Positions 58,656 through 64,000 of a stretch of 64,000 nt of DNA are shown one piece after another. How positions within the stretch are numbered: position 1 is the first letter of the stretch; every line of letters starts with the position of its first letter. A model generated the notes under the pieces. That model had not been told where the DNA came from and made no database searches. It saw only the letters and a list, made by a program, of their open reading frames with translations. A program made the translations under genes and the position numbers. This stretch comes from an uncultured Gemmatimonadales bacterium (GTDB lineage: Bacteria; Gemmatimonadota; Gemmatimonadetes; Gemmatimonadales; Gemmatimonadaceae), in NCBI GenBank assembly GCA_963850905.1, contig CAWKMU010000003.1, positions 1,824,001-1,888,000 of the forward strand, read 5' to 3'.

Positions 58656-59363
58656 TTACGTATCCGGGTTCGTCGCCCAGACCGTCGCGCTGGTGACGAA
58701 GGCCCGGTCGTCGAGCGCCAGCATGTCGGCGATCACATTGGCAATGTCCTCGGCGTGGAGCTTACGCGGGTTGTCCGGGCGCACTCCGCGCCCCGCGGCT
58801 TCATGAAACGGCGTGAGGACCTCGCTCGGATTCACCTGCATGACACGGATGTTGTCTTTGCGGAGCTCGGCTCTCCACACCTCCGTCAGCCCGGTCAGGG
58901 CCCATTTCGTGGATGCGTAGGCGGAGGAGTTCGGCCCGGCACGTTGCCCTGACGTCGACCCGACGTTGACGATTGTCCCGGATTGGCGTGTGATGAAGTG
59001 CCGCGCCGATTCGCGCGCGACCAGCGTGGCGCCCAAGACGTTGGTTTCCCAGACGCGGCGCATGTCGGCAGCGGTGACTGCAACCAACGGCGCGAAGACG
59101 CCCATCCCGGCGTTGTTGATGAGCACGTTGTAGTCACCGAGCTCTCGCACTACCGCGTCGACGAGCCCTATCACGGCGTGTTCGTCAGTGATGTCCGCTC
59201 GGATGGCCAGCGCCCCAGTGTCCTTGGCGGCGCGCTGCAATACGTCTTCCCGCCGGCCCGTGATGACCACCCGGGCACCACGGTCGACAAGGACCTTGGC
59301 GGTTGCACGACCGATTCCGGTGCCACCACCCGTGACGAGGGCTCGTACGTTCTTGAGGAGCAT
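58656..59363 (-). CDS. SDR family oxidoreductase
   Basis: VTGGGTGIG, INNAG, VGS and YASTK motifs. Confidence 0.9.
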   Translation of the reverse strand: MLLKNVRALVTGGGTGIGRATAKVLVDRGARVVITGRREDVLQRAAKDTGALAIRADITDEHAVIGLVDAVVRELGDYNVLINNAGMGVFAPLVAVTAADMRRVWETNVLGATLVARESARHFITRQSGTIVNVGSTSGQRAGPNSSAYASTKWALTGLTEVWRAELRKDNIRVMQVNPSEVLTPFHEAAGRGVRPDNPRKLHAEDIANVIADMLALDDRAFVTSATVWATNPDT

Positions 59364-59391
59364 GGAAGGCAGGGATCTGAGGGCCGGGCGG

Positions 59392-59441
59392 GGGGGCTAA
59401 AGCGCCCGAGAGAGTAGAAGCACAGAAAGTGGAAAGTAGAC
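59392..59441. repeat. Degenerate copy of the GCGCCCGAGA / AAAGTRG element
   Basis: GGGGCTAAAGCGCCCGAGAGAGTAGAAGCACAGAAAGTGGAAAGTAGAC. Confidence 0.5.
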
Positions 59442-59488
59442 AAATCTGGAGCGCATTTGCACTCCATTTGCTTTCGACGTTCGCGGGT

Positions 59489-60664
59489 CTAGGGTCTCGC
59501 CGACGGAGCGGCCGACCCTGCAACCGCCGTTTGGAGTTGCTCCGCAATCCGGGTCAATCCGTGCTCCAGTGTGGCGCTGTCGAGCCCGAGCCCGATCCGT
59601 ACATACTCGGGCGCTCCAAAAAAGTGGCCCGGCACGACGCGCGTGCCGCGCGCACGTGCGAGCGTGTCGGCGAAGCGCCAGACATCGCCCAGACCGAGAT
59701 TGACGAATGCTGTCGCCCCGGCCGCCGGCGGCACCCACGTCACGCCGGGCGCACCTTCGATCCACCGCCGGACGAGGTCCAGGTTGCGGGCAATCAATTT
59801 GATGTGTGGCCCGATGATCGCCGCCGAGCGCTCCAGCGCTCGCACGGCGAGACGTTCACTCGGGTGCGCGATGATGTTGTCGAAGAGTCCCGCCAGACGT
59901 CGCATGCGCTCGGCCAACGCCGGCTCGGCCAGCACCCATCCAACCCGCAGTCCGCCGAGCCCCCACACCTTGGTGAGGCTCGACGTGACGATCACGTGCG
60001 GTGACAGGTGAATCGTTGAGGGCACGCCTGTTTCTCGCAGCCATTCGCCGTATACCTCGTCGACAATGACATAGAAGCCCCGTGTCTCCGCGAGCGTCGT
60101 GAGCGCACGGAACTCTGACGTGTCGAAGCGTGCCCCGGTCGGGTTATGGAGCTCGGACAGCACGACCAAACGCGTCCGTGGGGTGAGATCGGCGCGAATC
60201 GCGTCGACGTCGAATCGGTACCCGCGCTCCGCCGCGCGCAGGACGTGGCCGACGCTCGCGCCCCAGAGCGCGGGGACTCGCTCCAGCGGGTCGTAGCCGG
60301 GTCGCTCGACGAGCACGTGGTCGCCTGCCTCGAGCACGGTTGCCATCGCCAGATGGTTCGCCATCGACGTGCCGGCTGCGACGACGACCGAGGCTTCTGG
60401 GACGCCATAGCGCGCCGCGATCCGAGCCACCAGCGGCGGCCATCCGTAGTCGTTGCGCTCATTCAGCGGAGGGTCAGCCTCGGGGGGGCCGAGTTGCGCG
60501 GCAGAACACGACGGCACGGCGCTTCCGGCCAGATTGATCTCTGCCGCCGGGAGCTGCTTGACCCACGTGAGATAGGGGCTCTCCTTGCGATTCGCCCCAG
60601 ACGGCGTTTCCCCGACTCGCGCGTCGCTCGGTGCCGCACTGGGTGCCTGTCCGGCAAGCATCAT
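59489..60664 (-). CDS. PLP-dependent aminotransferase class I/II
   Basis: LHNPTG, VDEVY, SSLTKVWGLGGLRVGW and VVPG-FF-VRIG motifs. Confidence 0.9.
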   Translation of the reverse strand: MMLAGQAPSAAPSDARVGETPSGANRKESPYLTWVKQLPAAEINLAGSAVPSCSAAQLGPPEADPPLNERNDYGWPPLVARIAARYGVPEASVVVAAGTSMANHLAMATVLEAGDHVLVERPGYDPLERVPALWGASVGHVLRAAERGYRFDVDAIRADLTPRTRLVVLSELHNPTGARFDTSEFRALTTLAETRGFYVIVDEVYGEWLRETGVPSTIHLSPHVIVTSSLTKVWGLGGLRVGWVLAEPALAERMRRLAGLFDNIIAHPSERLAVRALERSAAIIGPHIKLIARNLDLVRRWIEGAPGVTWVPPAAGATAFVNLGLGDVWRFADTLARARGTRVVPGHFFGAPEYVRIGLGLDSATLEHGLTRIAEQLQTAVAGSAAPSARP

Positions 60665-62031
60665 GCGCCTCCTTGGGCCGCGGCGCTCGTCCGGCGGCGA
60701 GATCCTGCTCGCCAGATCGCGTAGATCGGGACCCCAAGAAAGATCAGGCAGAAGCCGAGCAGTGCGTTGTGTGGATTCGAGCGAATGCTGCTGAGGACCA
60801 CATAGCCGGCTGTCACGATGAATGCCGCCGGCACGACGGGGTACCCGGGAGCGCGAAAGTACGGGACACTGCCGGCCGAATCGTGTCGTCGGTAGACGAA
60901 GATCGTGGCAGTGATCAAGGCGAAGAAGATCCAGTCGCCGAACACCGTGTAATCCAACAGTTGGCCATACGTCCCTGACCAGGTGAGCACGACCGCCCAC
61001 GCAGCTTGCGCGAGTAGCGCGACGACCGGTGTGCGGTACCGCGGATGCAGCACGGCCGCCCGGGCGAAGAATAGTCCATCCGCCGCCATTGTCTGAAGGA
61101 TGCGTGGCGCGGACAGAATGGTAAGGTTGACGAAACCGAACGACGACGCTGCGATACCAATTCCGATGAGCGTGCCACCCACAGGACCGACGGCGCGGCG
61201 CATCGTGTCGGATGCCGGCGCCGTGCTGGCGGCGAGGCCGGTGGGCCCGAGCGTCGCGACATACGCGGCGTTGGCGGCGACGTAGACGATCACGACGATC
61301 GCCATGCCGAGTATCATGGCGCGCGGCAGCGTCCGCACCGGATCCTTCATCTCGCCGGCCACGTTGTTCGCGTGCGCCCAACCGCCGTAGGTGAACAGGA
61401 CCGGGATGAGCGCCACTCCGATGACGCGAACGAGATCGTCACCGCTGGTCGGCGCCACTGCCGCCGCTGGTGCGGTGTGGCAGCCCGAACGAAGGCCGAC
61501 CGCGACGCCCGCAACGACGAGCGCTGCGAGCGCAACCAACTTGAGCAGCGTAAAGATGTTCTGCGTAGTCGCGCCCGCCCGGATCCCGAAGCAGTTGACC
61601 GCGGTCAATACCAGAATCGAGGCGACAGCCAAAGGGCGAACCACCGCAGACGAGACACCCGCGAGATCGACAGTATAGCGAGCGAACGTGACGGCAACGG
61701 CGGCCATGCCGCCGGTATTGATCACGACGAGAAACGTCCATCCGTAGAGAAATGCAGGCAGCGGCCCGAAGGCCTCTTTGAGGTACACATACCCGCCACC
61801 CGCCTGAGGCCTACGACCCCCGAGCTCGGCAAACGTGAGGGCGCCAGCGACGGCGATAACGCCACCCAGTACCCAAACGCCGAGGACCGCGGTGCTGGTG
61901 TGAACGCGTTGGGCCACCACCGCGGGGCTGAGGAAGATGCCGGCGCCGATGATGCCGCCGACAGTGACCATCGCGGCATCGAACGTCCCGAGTCGGCGAG
62001 CGTATTGTGTGATGGGAGGCGGATTCGACAT
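60661..62031 (-). CDS. APC family amino acid permease
   Basis: IIGAGIF, GGGYVYL, FTYGGW and GEMKDPVRTLP motifs. Confidence 0.9.
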   Translation of the reverse strand: MSNPPPITQYARRLGTFDAAMVTVGGIIGAGIFLSPAVVAQRVHTSTAVLGVWVLGGVIAVAGALTFAELGGRRPQAGGGYVYLKEAFGPLPAFLYGWTFLVVINTGGMAAVAVTFARYTVDLAGVSSAVVRPLAVASILVLTAVNCFGIRAGATTQNIFTLLKLVALAALVVAGVAVGLRSGCHTAPAAAVAPTSGDDLVRVIGVALIPVLFTYGGWAHANNVAGEMKDPVRTLPRAMILGMAIVVIVYVAANAAYVATLGPTGLAASTAPASDTMRRAVGPVGGTLIGIGIAASSFGFVNLTILSAPRILQTMAADGLFFARAAVLHPRYRTPVVALLAQAAWAVVLTWSGTYGQLLDYTVFGDWIFFALITATIFVYRRHDSAGSVPYFRAPGYPVVPAAFIVTAGYVVLSSIRSNPHNALLGFCLIFLGVPIYAIWRAGSRRRTSAAAQGGA

Positions 62032-62079
62032 CGTCGGGCCGAAGATACCGGGCCCGGCAGCGGCCGGACAGAGCGCGTT

Positions 62080-63090
62080 CTATCGCGTTGACAGCGCGCG
62101 CAGTTCGACCGGTGGGTCGCCTCGAAAGATCGGATGATCGGGTACGTCGAATCCGGAGTTGCGGATCAGATCCAGCCCCGACACCGACAGCACATATTGG
62201 GCGAACGCGATCGCCAGCGCTGGATGGGCCGCCGCGCGGGGCACGGTGAGCCCATACAGGATCGGGGCGCCGAAGATGGTCGCAGTGTCGGCGCTGCTGC
62301 GGCCTCCAGAGACGCGCGTCTTGGCCGCTGCGTATGACGCAGCGAAGGCGGTGTCGCCGAGATTGATGGGTGGGGGCAACTCCAGCCACTCGAGCTCGTG
62401 CTCGGCCGCGAGCGTTCGGTAGGTCGGCATGTAGTCGATCGTGCCGTCGGCGAACTTGGCCTCCAACTCACCGTCACCTGGGCCGAAGTCTGTCACGGGC
62501 ATCGCATGCTCGAGCGTCGCAGAGAGCCGCGGCCGCAGATAGTAGCGCGCGGCCAGCTCGAAGAACATCAATGTGCGGTAGGCGCTGGGGTCGTCGTTTG
62601 GGTCGCTGCGTGCGCCATGTACATCCGGCTTGCTCAGCACGTCCGCCCAGTTCCGCGTGTTGACCTCATCCGCGTACTTCGAGTGAGACGTGTAGGCGAG
62701 CACGATTGAGGATCGCGCAAATCCGGCCGACCAGGCAGCGGCCCGCGGCATCAGCAGCGCGTCGATCAGCGTGTCGTCTCCTGACACGAAGACGTCGGGG
62801 ATTTGCACCGAGTCTACGATGGCGCGGGCGACGGCGATGCTCCCACCCGTGAGAATCTCCGGGGCGACACCCGGGTGTCTCGCCGCGAACTCGGCGGCCA
62901 GCTTGCGGACCGTCGAGGTGAGGCTGCGGGGAGTCGTAATGATGAGTCGTCCGCTCAGTGAGTCGGATCGGGCAAACGGCGCAGCGCCTGCCTGCGCGCG
63001 AGCGTCGGCCGATACGATGAGCAGGAGGGCACAGACCGACGCCCATGCGCCGATCCGGGATCGCCAAGTCTGAGGTCCGCAAGCCATCAT
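62080..63090 (-). CDS. Molybdate/tungstate-type (ModA/WtpA-like) substrate-binding protein
   Basis: GGS, PDVFVSGD, RSDPNDDPSAYR, ELPPPINLGD and GAPILYGLTVP motifs. Confidence 0.8.
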   Translation of the reverse strand: MMACGPQTWRSRIGAWASVCALLLIVSADARAQAGAAPFARSDSLSGRLIITTPRSLTSTVRKLAAEFAARHPGVAPEILTGGSIAVARAIVDSVQIPDVFVSGDDTLIDALLMPRAAAWSAGFARSSIVLAYTSHSKYADEVNTRNWADVLSKPDVHGARSDPNDDPSAYRTLMFFELAARYYLRPRLSATLEHAMPVTDFGPGDGELEAKFADGTIDYMPTYRTLAAEHELEWLELPPPINLGDTAFAASYAAAKTRVSGGRSSADTATIFGAPILYGLTVPRAAAHPALAIAFAQYVLSVSGLDLIRNSGFDVPDHPIFRGDPPVELRALSTR

Positions 63091-63177
63091 TCCATCCCGT
63101 GTCGATCGTGTCGGCGCAACCCGGTGCCGTACGCGACGCGCTTAGTAGACGCGTATGACAATGGTCCGGTGACACTC

Positions 63178-63783
63178 GTGACTCGCGGCATCGCCGTACT
63201 CGTCTTCAATGGGTTCGCGGACTGGGAGCCCGCGTACGCGCTTACCGGGGCGCGGCGTTGGGGTGGCCGCTCCGTCACGGCCGTCGGCTACGACCGGACC
63301 ACCGTCGTGTCCATGGGCGGGCTTCGCGTCGAGCCGGAGGCCGTGCTCGAGAGCGTAACGCCGGCGACCACCGAGTTGTTGCTCCTCCCCGGCGGTGATG
63401 CGTGGCTCGGCTCCTATCCAGCCTCCCGACTGGAGCGGGTATTTGGTGAGCTGACGGCTGGCGGCGTCACTGTCGCCGCGATCTGCGCGGCCACGGTGGC
63501 GGTCGCCCGGGCCGGGCTACTCGGTGGCCGTCGCCACACCAGCAATGGCGCGGCCTACCTGCAGCGCCACGCGCCAGGGTACGAGACCCCGGCGCTCTAC
63601 GTGGAGACGCTCGCCGTGTCGGACAGCGGTGTGATCACGGCGTCAGGCCTGGGCGCGGTCGAATTCGCGCGCGAAATCTTCGCCGCGCTCGGCATTCTCA
63701 AGGAATCGGACCTCGCCTTGTTCATCGATATGTACCGCGGCGGACATATCCCGCGGTCTGACCCGAGCGCACCCACGCGCTGA
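63178..63783 (+). CDS. DJ-1/PfpI family protein
   Basis: FADWEPAY, SMGGL, LLPGG, AAICAA and HTSN motifs. Confidence 0.88.
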   Translation: MTRGIAVLVFNGFADWEPAYALTGARRWGGRSVTAVGYDRTTVVSMGGLRVEPEAVLESVTPATTELLLLPGGDAWLGSYPASRLERVFGELTAGGVTVAAICAATVAVARAGLLGGRRHTSNGAAYLQRHAPGYETPALYVETLAVSDSGVITASGLGAVEFAREIFAALGILKESDLALFIDMYRGGHIPRSDPSAPTR

Positions 63784-63784
63784 C

Positions 63785-64000
63785 TTAGTTGAGTTTGCCG
63801 GACGTCTGCGCGCTGAGCGCCGCAACGGCCGTCTCGTGGACTGGCGCATCGATGCCCATTGTGCGCGCGAGCCGAACGACGGTGCCGCTCAGCGCATCGA
63901 TCTCGGTTGGGCCACCGCGTTCGAGATCCGCGAGGAAGCTTGGACGGGTGCCGTCGGCCAGGCCTTCGAGGGCGCCAAGCGTGCGCCGCACGTCCTCATC
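63785..64000 (-). CDS. panE: Ketopantoate reductase, C-terminal part (truncated by window end)
   Basis: PSFLADLERGGPTEIDALSGTVVRLA-G-APV. Confidence 0.8.
   Translation of the reverse strand, partial: DEDVRRTLGALEGLADGTRPSFLADLERGGPTEIDALSGTVVRLARTMGIDAPVHETAVAALSAQTSGKLN

Noticed and set aside
1..64000. tRNA, rRNA, transposase, integrase, prophage or known defence systems
   Set aside because: None recognisable by eye; the AAA protein has BTAD regulator architecture rather than an Avs-type effector domain

Overview
High-GC bacterial chromosomal window. The gene repertoire (Ser/Thr kinase-TPR receptor, duplicated ABC permease, SusC/SusD pair, S9 peptidases, BTAD-AAA regulator) suggests Gemmatimonadota; this is inference. 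About 45 genes can be called. I see no rRNA, tRNA, CRISPR array or transposase. Several genes carry single-base frameshifts that look like long-read consensus errors: the kinase, sigma-54 activator, HD-GYP, SusC, SusD and cupin genes. The best candidate for an undescribed system is 6.3-14.7 kb: mog-like gene -> sigma-54 activator with pseudo-receiver -> stand-alone LeuA-regulatory-domain-like protein -> unannotated 29-aa amphipathic peptide -> membrane HD-GYP phosphodiesterase, convergent with a BTAD/AAA/TPR regulator. The peptide, the HD-GYP gene and only the C-terminal third of the regulator share a low-GC patch, like an exchangeable specificity cassette of a peptide-to-c-di-GMP signalling system. 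A second candidate is an ECF sigma/FecR pair whose receptor has STN and plug domains but no beta-barrel, and instead carries two TonB-C-like domains. The window also holds several families of small intergenic inverted or heptamer repeats, and a peptide/amino-acid scavenging region at 42-62 kb.
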